Origin: a virus
Taxonomy: Duplodnaviria; Caudoviricetes
Length of the DNA: 44,815 nucleotides
Virus record (IMG/VR): IMGVR_UViG_3300037722_000268
Coordinates: 1 to 44,815 of that record
Strand: one strand, 5' to 3'
Every line of letters begins with the position of its first letter. Position 1 is the first letter of the stretch. The position numbers were made by a program, and so were the translations under genes. The notes under the pieces are model-generated. The model searched no databases and was not told where the DNA came from. It saw nothing but the letters and a program-made list of their open reading frames with translations. Shown piece after piece: positions 1 to 8,689 of this stretch.

Positions 1-127
1 AAGTACCTCGGCCTCAAAGAGTGGGCGAACGAGTTTGCTCTTGCCGAGCTATCGCCGAAGTTCGCCTACATGCTCAGGCTTGGCGCTGGCTGCGATGCCG
101 ACTTCGGGCCATAGCTAGTATTAATAG
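1..127. repeat. 127-bp terminal direct repeat, identical to 44689-44815; contig is circular (probable assembler overlap)
   Basis: Exact identity of the first and last 127 nt; the repeat cuts through an ORF (44518-44802). Confidence 0.95.
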
Positions 128-312
128 GTGCGCCCTCGCAGTCGGTACCTGCGATGCTGAACCTCGAGCCCATACCTCCGCAGGGTCCGGTAGAACGTAG
201 TGCGGTGCTGCCCGGCGAGCATAGCTGCCCTGGTGATGTCGCCGTGGGATTCGGACAGAATTCTGAATAAATAAGCCCGGCCGGCGGACTGTAGGGCGTC
301 TTTCAGGCTCAC
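121..312 (-). CDS. Fis-family helix-turn-helix protein (NinH/Fis-like)
   Basis: LFRILSESHGDITRAAMLAGQHRTTFYRTLRRYGL matches the Fis HTH pattern (GNxxxAAxxLGIxRxTLYRKLxxYGL). Confidence 0.8.
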   Translation of the reverse strand: MSLKDALQSAGRAYLFRILSESHGDITRAAMLAGQHRTTFYRTLRRYGLEVQHRRYRLRGRTY

Positions 313-494
313 GCCCGGTCGATGGCGTCCTGAGCCTTGGCGATGGCATCGTCGCGCATCTTGCGAAGCTCCTTGGTGATATCGGCATTCGACATCCCGG
401 CATCCTCCATCTCCTTCACCTTGCCAACGATCACGCCCTTTTCGAGCCCCACGGCGAGTAGGTTAAGTGCGGCCATTACGAGTTCGGCGGTCAT
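309..494 (-). CDS. small hypothetical protein in the lysis region
   Basis: 4-nt start/stop overlaps with both neighbours. Confidence 0.6.
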   Translation of the reverse strand: MTAELVMAALNLLAVGLEKGVIVGKVKEMEDAGMSNADITKELRKMRDDAIAKAQDAIDRA

Positions 495-829
495 TTCTTC
501 CTCGCTTTCGCAGCCACTTCTCGCTGCAGTGCAATAATCAGGCTGGACAGGAGCTTGGCCTGGGTCGCGGCGTTACGGAGGTCTCCCGTGTCCAGGAGGG
601 CCTGTGCTGCGTCCAGGCGCTTGGCATAGGTCCTGACCCTATCCAGGGCCGACTGTGCCTCCTCGCGCGTCATGACGCCTTCCTGGACGTTCTGGGCGAT
701 GACGTTGGCGGTCGCCGTGAGGGTGACGTTCCCCTCGTTGATGAGCCCCTGCGGCGAAGTATCGCCAAGGGTTGCGCAAGCAGCCACAAGCAGCAGCAGA
801 AGCGGCCAAACCACATAGCGGGCTCTCAT
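491..829 (-). CDS. lipoprotein, possible spanin component
   Basis: Signal peptide with lipobox LLLLVAAC, helical body, directly downstream of holin and endolysin. Confidence 0.65.
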   Translation of the reverse strand: MRARYVVWPLLLLLVAACATLGDTSPQGLINEGNVTLTATANVIAQNVQEGVMTREEAQSALDRVRTYAKRLDAAQALLDTGDLRNAATQAKLLSSLIIALQREVAAKARKK

Positions 830-1005
830 GCGGCCCCCTCGTTGGGCACCTGGAACACCCCGAAGGCCGTCAGGGAGGCCACGATGAGGTCCACAATTGC
901 CGCCTCCTGCCCGGTGAGGTCGAAGCCCAGATGCCGGTGCGCGACCAGCACCAGCACGCCCACGACTGCTACGATTGCTTTTCGATATTCCGCTAGCATT
1001 TTCAT
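826..1005 (-). CDS. putative holin with two hydrophobic segments and a Met-Lys-Met start
   Basis: MKMLAEYRKAIVAVVGVLVLV...IVDLIVASLTAFGVFQVPN; SD GGAAGGAG; overlaps the endolysin stop. Confidence 0.65.
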   Translation of the reverse strand: MKMLAEYRKAIVAVVGVLVLVAHRHLGFDLTGQEAAIVDLIVASLTAFGVFQVPNEGAA

Positions 1006-1334
1006 CTCCTTCCGTTGTGTGCCAGTGAGTAGTGATTCCCGTCGTTGAACCTGCCGCCCCATGACCCCCCGATGGATTCCCAATACTCGCCCAGCGGCTG
1101 GTGATGGTCGGTCTGCGTCAGGTACACGCCGCCTTTGAACAGGTTGAAGTCCACGGCTAGCCGGTCAAGGTGCAGCGAGGTCGAGATCCCTTTCCCGGCC
1201 TTGGCGTTTAGCGCCGCCTGTTCGGGCGTCCTGTAGGCTTCGGCAAAGGTCAGTTCGTACCCGTGCTCATAGGCCCAGATGATCAGGTCCGCGATCATGC
1301 GGGTGAACTGGCGTTGCTTCTTGCCGAGTGTCAA
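1002..1334 (-). CDS. endolysin, peptidase M15 family (L-Ala-D-Glu type)
   Basis: EAYRTPEQ, SLHLDRLAVD and WGGRFNDGNHYS motifs; TTG start at 1334 overlaps the upstream stop. Confidence 0.9.
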   Translation of the reverse strand: MTLGKKQRQFTRMIADLIIWAYEHGYELTFAEAYRTPEQAALNAKAGKGISTSLHLDRLAVDFNLFKGGVYLTQTDHHQPLGEYWESIGGSWGGRFNDGNHYSLAHNGRR

Positions 1335-1696
1335 AGCGCGTCGTCCTTGCGAAACGCCGTCATCGGAACCGCGCTCACAGCTCCGGCTGAATCCAGCACG
1401 ACTACCGTATGCCCCTGCAGCACCCAGCACGAATCGTAGGTGTCACCCTTCCAGACGTACCGAGCAGACTTCCAGTCCTTGAACCATGGGCTTTTCAACG
1501 AGCAGGGCTCCTCCATTAAAGTGATTGAGTCCGCCCCAGTCTTCGCGGTGTAGGTGTCCGCGTAGGCGTAGCTCGCGACCGCCGCCACCACAATGGTCAG
1601 CAGCGCTATGAGGATCGCACCGATAACCGGCCGCATCTCGTCGCGGCTGCGCTTGTCTTCGTTGAACGGGTCTTCTAACATAAGACCTCCTTTCAC
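1331..1696 (-). CDS. membrane-anchored or exported hypothetical protein
   Basis: Hydrophobic segment VIGAILIALLTIVVAAVASYAYA followed by a small domain with two Cys. Confidence 0.6.
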   Translation of the reverse strand: MKGGLMLEDPFNEDKRSRDEMRPVIGAILIALLTIVVAAVASYAYADTYTAKTGADSITLMEEPCSLKSPWFKDWKSARYVWKGDTYDSCWVLQGHTVVVLDSAGAVSAVPMTAFRKDDAL

Positions 1697-1968
1697 TTAC
1701 CCCTCCTCATGCGCCTGATCTCCTCGAGCTGCTTACGCAGGTTCGCCAGATGATCGCGCTGCGTCGCGCTCAGGTTGTCCTCTTTCTCGAGCACAGCGAT
1801 CTGGCGCACGAGGTTTTCCTCCCGCACCTGGATCAGGTAGTCCACCTGGGCGCCGGCAACCTGCACGACTCCACGCTCTGCAAAGGTGCTGTGCAAGTAC
1901 CCGTGCGCGCCCCAGCCTCCTGCGGCCACGCTGGAGAGCGTCAGGAACCCTGCGATGTATGCGTTCAT
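1693..1968 (-). CDS. N-terminal hydrophobic segment plus coiled-coil protein
   Basis: Overlapping operon arrangement; heptad-like C-terminus. Confidence 0.55.
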   Translation of the reverse strand: MNAYIAGFLTLSSVAAGGWGAHGYLHSTFAERGVVQVAGAQVDYLIQVREENLVRQIAVLEKEDNLSATQRDHLANLRKQLEEIRRMRRGK

Positions 1969-2171
1969 GGCTCTGCCTTCCGCAGCAGCCCGTTCAAATA
2001 GGCTTCGATGCGGATGATTCGCTCGGTAAGATCCTTCAGCTTCGCCTCCATGATCTTCCCGCTAATGTAGGCGGTGACAACGGCCGTGCACACTGCCGTA
2101 ATACTGGCGACAACTAGTGCTTGAACGATAACGTCGCTATTCATCAGAGCACCTGTCGAACCTTTGCTCAC
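1965..2171 (-). CDS. small single-TM protein, holin-like
   Basis: VIVQALVVASITAVCTAVVTAYI TM segment then a charged helix; first gene after the tailspike; start may be 2144. Confidence 0.55.
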   Translation of the reverse strand: MSKGSTGALMNSDVIVQALVVASITAVCTAVVTAYISGKIMEAKLKDLTERIIRIEAYLNGLLRKAEP

Positions 2172-2186
2172 TTGTTCATAGCCGCA

Positions 2187-3866
2187 TCACACTATGTAAT
2201 CGATGCTGATGTTCAGCGTGTCGCCATCCGCCCAAGTGATTGGGACAGTCGGCGAAAAAGCTGTAGCTCCGGTGTTCTGGTAGCACTGCACCGCATCGGC
2301 ATCAATAGCAGTTACAAGAAGACAGGCTCCGGCGACATACGCAGGCCCAGAATCATCACGTCCCTGCACTTGTCCCACAAAGTTTCTTGCTGTCACTGTC
2401 GTGGCGATTGGCAAAGAGAAGCTATATTCGCCACTTCCAAAAGTGGTTGACGACCCCATGGCGATAGAGATCGTCGCGTGAATGACATCGCCATTTCTGG
2501 TGTAGTGTCCCGTGATGGTCCCATTCCCGATAGCCGGATTTGTTGATGCACCCGTCCATACTGGCGTGTAGTTCTCGCTCTTGTGCGTAATGAGATTGGT
2601 TCCTAACCCCGAGTTGTCCGTAACCGAGAGGTTGAAAGAACAAGGCCCAATGACGTTATCGCCAGATCCAGCGGCGATTGTGATCGCGGGCGAGATCGCG
2701 CCGCCGACTATCGTGTTATTGAATCCATCTACAGTGAGCGTTGCTTGATTTAGCAGTCTGGAATTAGCTATGTACACTGCTCGTGAATCTGCAGTGTAAG
2801 CAACATCTCCAATCGTCGAATTGACGATATAGACGTTATTGCATCCGCCAAAATCGAAGGAACAATTACCCTGAGTCTCGACGTGAATGAATTTTCGAGG
2901 AGTCGCAGCAAGCTGCTGAGTTGCAGAAATCGTTACCGCGTAATTCCCGGTGCCAGTTCCGGAATTAGTGCGACTCAATTCAAGATCGAAGCCAGAGAAC
3001 TGAGAGCCGGCATCTTTGTCATCGAAGGCAATACAAGCCCCGGCCGTATCGTTGATCTTGCAACTGTGAATTCTCTGCTTGCTTGCGGCAGTGGAAAGAA
3101 CAACGCCCTTACCTGTGAATGTGGCGCCGTCACCCTCAAGTGTCAGGCCCTCAATAAATGACCCCGCAGCGGACAGATCAATCATGTCGCCGTTGAAGGT
3201 CTTGGTAATGATCGTGTTCGTCTTGTTGAACCCGACCAAACCTTTATTCGCTGGAATGGTTACTTTCGAGCCGAATGTATAGCTGCCGTAGGGCGGGAGG
3301 AGCGCTACAGAGAACTCGGCCAGGGCCGCGGCGACAGCCGAGGATATGTTTACGCTCGTACCGGCCCTGATCGCCGCCCGGTTTGCGTCCGAGAGGTAGT
3401 CTGTTACATACGCGAACCATCGCCCACGGCTTCGCAGGTTCTCCGGATCAACACTAGCGGATTGGAGAAAGCCTACTAGTGTAGAGCCGTCGGAAGCGGC
3501 ATGGTCGTCTACGAGTTCTTCTATCGCAGCCTGTATATTCGTGGCCGCGATATGGCCGTATGGCGTAAACGCTTGAAGCGTCCCGGAAACATTCCCAGCG
3601 CGAATGCCATCGACCGTCCAGATCGTCACGTCTGCCGCGGTCTTGAGGATGAAGCGATAGGTGGAGGCGTCGTCAAGCCATATATCAGCCTCGCCGCGTG
3701 CGTCGAGAACTACCGGGTTGGCATTAGCCGTGCCGCCGCCAGAATCCGTATATGTGGCAAGCGGAGTGGCCGTGCCGGTCGTGTAGGTGTAGACCAGCCC
3801 GCCCACGAGCGGATCGCCGTTTACATCGAACTCCCTGATCTTGTAGCGCCCAGTGGTTGCGGCCAT
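2187..3866 (-). CDS. tailspike / receptor-binding protein with beta-helix depolymerase-like domain
   Basis: N-terminal virion-attachment motif (NGDPLVGGLVYTY...NANPVVLDARGEA); Asn/Gly/Ile-rich beta-helix-like repeats; last structural gene. Confidence 0.8.
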   Translation of the reverse strand: MAATTGRYKIREFDVNGDPLVGGLVYTYTTGTATPLATYTDSGGGTANANPVVLDARGEADIWLDDASTYRFILKTAADVTIWTVDGIRAGNVSGTLQAFTPYGHIAATNIQAAIEELVDDHAASDGSTLVGFLQSASVDPENLRSRGRWFAYVTDYLSDANRAAIRAGTSVNISSAVAAALAEFSVALLPPYGSYTFGSKVTIPANKGLVGFNKTNTIITKTFNGDMIDLSAAGSFIEGLTLEGDGATFTGKGVVLSTAASKQRIHSCKINDTAGACIAFDDKDAGSQFSGFDLELSRTNSGTGTGNYAVTISATQQLAATPRKFIHVETQGNCSFDFGGCNNVYIVNSTIGDVAYTADSRAVYIANSRLLNQATLTVDGFNNTIVGGAISPAITIAAGSGDNVIGPCSFNLSVTDNSGLGTNLITHKSENYTPVWTGASTNPAIGNGTITGHYTRNGDVIHATISIAMGSSTTFGSGEYSFSLPIATTVTARNFVGQVQGRDDSGPAYVAGACLLVTAIDADAVQCYQNTGATAFSPTVPITWADGDTLNISIDYIV

Positions 3867-3872
3867 TTTCGG

Positions 3873-5576
3873 CTACTCCTTCGTGTTGGTCATGGCGCTG
3901 GCTGCACCAGTTGCGCCGCCGATGGCTCCCAGGCGACCAAGGATCGCGGCCACTTCAGATTTCTCCTGTGCTGACAGTCCCTCTAGCGCCTTCGCAAGCT
4001 CTCTCGGGTTCAAGTAGCGCTGCGTGGCCGCCGCGTCTAGGCGCGGCTCCACACCGCTGCCGACCCGCTTCATGATCGCGTTTGCAATCATCATCGGGCG
4101 CGAGAGCATCTGCGGCAGATGCAGGCGCGACTCCTCGACCACATTCACGCCGCCTCCGAGATTCGTGCGCTGTGCGGGCTTGGCTGCTGCTTTAACGGCT
4201 TCTTTTGCCAACTCCATGCTTTTCGAGCGCGTGGCGAACTCGCGCATGTAGTCCTTCCAGCCAGTGCCGCCGGCCGCCTCGATCGCGTCGTCGATCGACT
4301 TCTGCACGCTGCGCTCTAGGCCGGATACGAGCCTCTTATCCCAATTCGCGGTTTCCTTGGAATACGTCTTGATCGTGTTGCCGATTTCCATGCGAATCGT
4401 GTATAGGTCTTCGGCCTTGATGACGCCGGCATCGTCGGTGAACTCAGCGATCTTTGCCTTCACCGCATTCAGCGTTTTTCCGACCACATCGGACGCGCGA
4501 ATGCCGGGCTTGCCGAGCGTTTTGTCGATACCGGCAGTCACGGAGCCTGACTTGACGCCGCCGGCATTCGCCGCTGTAACGGCGGCCTCGCGCATAGGTG
4601 CGGTGGCGATCCCACGGGCCTCCTCAGCAGCCTTCAGGGCGGCTCTCTGGTCGAGTATTCGCTGGCCGAACTCCGCTGACGGCCCGCCTGACGTTTCAGC
4701 GGTGATCTTCTGGTGAGCGATCAGTGGCGAGCCGGCTGGCACCTTGCCGACGGCTTCAGAAACGGTGGGCTGGTAGCCTGGGACGGGCTCACGAGAGCGA
4801 TTAAGAGCGTCTATTACCTCCTGGCGCCCTTTCGGCCCGATGATCCTGCCCTGATAGCGCGTCAGGATGCGGCCAGCGCCACTCTTGGTGAACAGGTCTG
4901 CCAAGTTGCGGACCCCGCCAGCGACGCCACGGCCGAGTTCTATTCCCCCAGGGATAAGGCCCCCCAGGACCGCGCCTGTGCCTGTCTGAGCGCCTTTGGT
5001 AGCCCAGTAGTCATCTCCACCCACAACAGGCGTAGCGGCCCCTGCAGCGCCTCCTATGCCCACTCCCTGAGCGATCCTGCCAAGCGCGGACTTGGCGATA
5101 GGAATGCCCCTGGTCGCCGCACCGCCCAGCGCGGTGGCGCCGAGTATCCCGGCGACATCCATCCCGGCATCCTTCGGATCAGCGCTCGCTCCCTCGGCCT
5201 GAATTCTAGCGATCTGCCGGTCGATGTTTGCGACCGCCGCCTCGTATCCTGGCAGCGCCGCCATGTTCTCCCTGGCCTTCTGCAAGCGGATAAGGTCAGC
5301 GGCCGGCGTGGCACCTCGGCGCTTCATCTCGTCCAGGCGCTTCAGGTTCTCGGTGATACCGCTGAAACCAAGCCCCTCGGCGCCGAGCTGGGCGACACCC
5401 ATCGGCAAGGACGCTGCGCCGAGCGCGAACCTGACGGCGGGGGAGCCAGCGATCAGCTCTGCCTCGTCTGGCTGGTTATGCTGCGGGGCTGGTGCTTCTG
5501 CAGGAGCCTCGCTTGCTCTCCTGCGCCTTGCCCGCGCGATGGCAATCGCCCGCTGCTGTTCAATCGTCAGCGCCAC
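3873..5576 (-). CDS. DNA ejection (internal virion) protein
   Basis: Ala/Gly-rich helical protein; third of three genes at the P22 gp7/gp20/gp16 position. Confidence 0.65.
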   Translation of the reverse strand: MALTIEQQRAIAIARARRRRASEAPAEAPAPQHNQPDEAELIAGSPAVRFALGAASLPMGVAQLGAEGLGFSGITENLKRLDEMKRRGATPAADLIRLQKARENMAALPGYEAAVANIDRQIARIQAEGASADPKDAGMDVAGILGATALGGAATRGIPIAKSALGRIAQGVGIGGAAGAATPVVGGDDYWATKGAQTGTGAVLGGLIPGGIELGRGVAGGVRNLADLFTKSGAGRILTRYQGRIIGPKGRQEVIDALNRSREPVPGYQPTVSEAVGKVPAGSPLIAHQKITAETSGGPSAEFGQRILDQRAALKAAEEARGIATAPMREAAVTAANAGGVKSGSVTAGIDKTLGKPGIRASDVVGKTLNAVKAKIAEFTDDAGVIKAEDLYTIRMEIGNTIKTYSKETANWDKRLVSGLERSVQKSIDDAIEAAGGTGWKDYMREFATRSKSMELAKEAVKAAAKPAQRTNLGGGVNVVEESRLHLPQMLSRPMMIANAIMKRVGSGVEPRLDAAATQRYLNPRELAKALEGLSAQEKSEVAAILGRLGAIGGATGAASAMTNTKE

Positions 5577-6724
5577 AGCGCCTTTTCCTCAGGGGTCATT
5601 ACGGCCCAGTCCGCGGGATCGACGCCTTCCGGGGCGCTGCCGGGGACGTTAGGCGCTCCTCCACCTTGCGGCTGTCCAAACTGGTCTTGATTCAGGTGCT
5701 CGTACTTCTGCCACAGACTCTTTACGACCTCGAGCGCCTGCAGCCTGCGATCTCTCGGCACCGTGTCGTTGCCGATCTCTGCCGCCATTTCCCGGTAAAG
5801 CTGCACGTCGCGGTCAGACTGCGGCCCTTCCATGCGAGGCATCTTTGCGACCAAAGCGCCTCCCAAGGCTTTCAACGACTGCGCTTCCTTGGAGCCCTCG
5901 GGGCTCAAACCGACGAGTCCGGCTGCGGAGTCATAGATAGACCCGACGGTGCTGCCAGTAGGCTTCGGGCGCGGTCGCCCGGTTGCAGGGTCCTTGCCTT
6001 GGAGAATGTCCTCGGCCTGCTTGAGAGCGGCGCCGATGCCGCTCATATTGAACGTGCGCTTCGCCTCAGCCGTTCCGGTAGTTTTGGCTCCTGCTAAATT
6101 CCTCTGTAGCGGCGGTGAGTCTGTAGACCTGATTACAGGTTTCCCGCCGATCGTTACCGGCGACACTTCCCCAGTGCGCGCGTTACCGGCTACGTAGCCT
6201 TCGGGCGTCGGTAGGAAGGTGAAGAACTGCGACCTTTCGGCGTTCGGCCGCTCGGCTCGAATTTTTGCGATTTCTAGTTGAATACCCTCAATCGCCCTGT
6301 TATGGCGAGCCGTTTCCGCAGCGCGCGCTTCGTCCGTTTTGGCCTGCGACATACGGAACTCGTGCATCATTTCCGCGTTAGCGATGCGCTGGTCTATCTG
6401 GTTTTGCACAGCACGATCGCGCGCTTCGATAGCGGCCTTGCGATCCATTGAAGCCTGATGCGTGGTGAGCACCTTGTCTGGCGATCCGAACTTAGCCGCC
6501 AGTTGCACCAGCGCTTCCTGCGTAGGCGCTTCCCCAAGGCCCTCCACACCCGTACGGAACGCCTCTTCCTGCTGCTGCGCCCGCAGCGCCTTCTCGCGGT
6601 TAAGTTTCGCGAGAGCGCTCTGGTCGAACATATGCTGGAGCTGCGCGACCTGCGAGGCTTGCTCGAGCGGCCCCTGCAGTTGCGGCAGCCTGAACTGGAG
6701 CGGGATGTTAGGGTTGATTGGCAT
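5567..6724 (-). CDS. DNA ejection (internal virion) protein
   Basis: Gln/Ala-rich, MEGPQSDRD motif seen in podovirus ejection proteins; synteny. Confidence 0.65.
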   Translation of the reverse strand: MPINPNIPLQFRLPQLQGPLEQASQVAQLQHMFDQSALAKLNREKALRAQQQEEAFRTGVEGLGEAPTQEALVQLAAKFGSPDKVLTTHQASMDRKAAIEARDRAVQNQIDQRIANAEMMHEFRMSQAKTDEARAAETARHNRAIEGIQLEIAKIRAERPNAERSQFFTFLPTPEGYVAGNARTGEVSPVTIGGKPVIRSTDSPPLQRNLAGAKTTGTAEAKRTFNMSGIGAALKQAEDILQGKDPATGRPRPKPTGSTVGSIYDSAAGLVGLSPEGSKEAQSLKALGGALVAKMPRMEGPQSDRDVQLYREMAAEIGNDTVPRDRRLQALEVVKSLWQKYEHLNQDQFGQPQGGGAPNVPGSAPEGVDPADWAVMTPEEKALWR

Positions 6725-6727
6725 GGC

Positions 6728-7495
6728 CTAGAACCACATGCCGCTGTCTGTGGTCGGCACGCCGCTGATTCCGCCCCTGTTCGCGAGGAGATCCAGCAGG
6801 CGGCTCTGGTTGTAGAAGTTCATCCCCTGCCCGACCCCGCCAGTGATCGCGTTGGCGCCACCGATGTAGCCTGACGCTCTAGCATTGGCCGCCTGGGTCA
6901 TTGCGTCTCCAGCACCGCGCGCTCCCGCCATCGTGTTTGCGCCGGCCTGAGTCGCGAAGTTCTGCCCCGCCTGCCCTACCTGCTGAGCGGCGGTCTGCCC
7001 GACTCCAGCCAGCGACGCGAGGCGGTTGAACTGGTTCGTCGTGTCCTGGTTGTAGCGGTTATAGGCGTTCGAGAACTCGTCGGAAGCGAGCCCTTGGCCG
7101 TAGCGCGTAAGAGCTTTCAGCGTGCCTCCTGAGTCCCAGAGCCCTCGCGCGGCCCCTGCTCGATTGATGGCCTTTTCTCCCTCGGCCAGCCGAAATGCGT
7201 ACCCAGGATCAGCCTGAAAATCCTGCATCGAGAATGGCCTGGTAAGGTCAGGCATTCGCCCGGCGAGTGTCGCTAGGGTGTTCGCTCCCGTCGCGCGCCA
7301 TGGCTCCATATCGGCGCGCGTCTGGTCGAACATCCGCTCCTGCAGAGCATTCGCCTCTCGTGCGGCCTGCAATTGCATACCTGCGGAGTCAGTGGCTGCA
7401 GCGGCCTGCGTGCCGGCTGCCTTGTTCGCCGAGCGAGCCCCAAGAAGAGAGCTTCCGCCGATTGCTATTGCGGTTGCCGAAATCGGATCAGGCAT
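6728..7495 (-). CDS. DNA transfer/pilot protein, P22 gp7-like
   Basis: MPDPISATAIAIGG N-terminus, DPGYAFRL and SGGTLKALTRYGQGLAS motifs; SD AAGGAG before ATG 7495. Confidence 0.75.
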   Translation of the reverse strand: MPDPISATAIAIGGSSLLGARSANKAAGTQAAAATDSAGMQLQAAREANALQERMFDQTRADMEPWRATGANTLATLAGRMPDLTRPFSMQDFQADPGYAFRLAEGEKAINRAGAARGLWDSGGTLKALTRYGQGLASDEFSNAYNRYNQDTTNQFNRLASLAGVGQTAAQQVGQAGQNFATQAGANTMAGARGAGDAMTQAANARASGYIGGANAITGGVGQGMNFYNQSRLLDLLANRGGISGVPTTDSGMWF

Positions 7496-7943
7496 CGCCA
7501 AACTCCTTCTTGTAGTCCTCTAGGCGCTCGCCGTAGAGCGCCATCACATGCGGCGCCAATCCAGCCGCCTTCACGGAACCGTGAACAAGCAGTACGCACT
7601 GCAGCACTACGTCGTAGAACCCTGCGCGCCAAACGAATGACTTTTCGTACTGGTCAGCGAGTTTGTTGCGCTCCACTTCTTCAGCAGCACGCCATTTCAG
7701 GTAAGCATTCGCCATCACAGGGAGCAGTACAGACTCGTTCGCTCTGAAAAATGGGTTCGACGGCATTCCGACTAGCGCGGTCCAAATCAGCTTGTACTGA
7801 TCCACCAGGCTAGTAGCTGCGCCGTCTACTAGATCGTCTAGCCCTTGGATAGATGCCCAGAGATCTAGGAGCCAGTCCACGGCCGCAGGCGGCAGCGCTA
7901 GCGACCCCGAAAGATTTGCGCGAAGTGATTCTTCGTGCGTCAA
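7488..7943 (-). CDS. alpha-helical protein with a DDxxD motif (isoprenoid-synthase-like?)
   Basis: WASIQGLDDLVDG; lies just upstream of the ejection genes; function not established. Confidence 0.5.
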   Translation of the reverse strand: MTHEESLRANLSGSLALPPAAVDWLLDLWASIQGLDDLVDGAATSLVDQYKLIWTALVGMPSNPFFRANESVLLPVMANAYLKWRAAEEVERNKLADQYEKSFVWRAGFYDVVLQCVLLVHGSVKAAGLAPHVMALYGERLEDYKKEFGDA

Positions 7944-8275
7944 GTGATCTCCCTGCCGCTGATTCGAATCGTGAGCGAGGTCGCGGCGGATGCGAGTCCT
8001 TCGATGGTGTCGCCGGATTCAAGGATCTGCCCTACCATCTCCGGGCAGTTGTACGTCTCTCCCGCGGCAATGGAGCGAGCCGAGATTACCCGCTCAGTCA
8101 CGCCCGCCGTGTCTCCTGAATCGACAATATCTATCGTCAGCGTGACAGCGCCCACGGTCGTATTGCAGACCGTGCATTTGTCTACGATCGCCTTGACGTT
8201 CGTCGCGGTGTAGTAGATGGCGTTCGAGGCAGTGAGTTGCTGCGATGCTGCGAACTTTTTTACGTTGACAGCCAT
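7940..8275 (-). CDS. small beta-rich virion protein
   Basis: Tail-module position; beta-strand-like composition. Confidence 0.55.
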   Translation of the reverse strand: MAVNVKKFAASQQLTASNAIYYTATNVKAIVDKCTVCNTTVGAVTLTIDIVDSGDTAGVTERVISARSIAAGETYNCPEMVGQILESGDTIEGLASAATSLTIRISGREIT

Positions 8276-8284
8276 TTCATGTCC

Positions 8285-8689
8285 TTAGTGTTCGTGACGC
8301 GGCGCGTAGATCGCCGTGGGGTCAGATTGCAGGTCGCTTTCGAAACGCTCGCGCAGATGCGCAAGGGACGCCTCCATGCTCAGCAGTCGTTCCGCCACGT
8401 CGATCGTGGGCTGTGGGAGATTCGCAATGGACGCTTCCATACTGCGCAGGCGCTCTGCCACGTCGAGCACTGGCGTTGAAGTCTGCATTGCAAGAGACGG
8501 CTCTAAGCTCAGGCTCCCAGATACATTGATGTCTGGCGGAGCGACCAAAAGATCGGCAAGGCTGAAGTCGCCAAGCCCACCAACACGGTTGAAAAGGTCC
8601 GTCAGGAAGCGATACCACTCCCTCGAGATCAGCCCATTGCGCGAGTCAATGAACGGGACGCGAGGCGGCAAGATTTGAAACGTAGCCAT
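8285..8689 (-). CDS. tail accessory protein with a 21-aa internal duplication (needle-like position)
   Basis: ISREWYRFL N-terminal motif; DVAERLxSMEAS repeated at 63-nt spacing; follows the gp10-like gene. Confidence 0.55.
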   Translation of the reverse strand: MATFQILPPRVPFIDSRNGLISREWYRFLTDLFNRVGGLGDFSLADLLVAPPDINVSGSLSLEPSLAMQTSTPVLDVAERLRSMEASIANLPQPTIDVAERLLSMEASLAHLRERFESDLQSDPTAIYAPRHEH

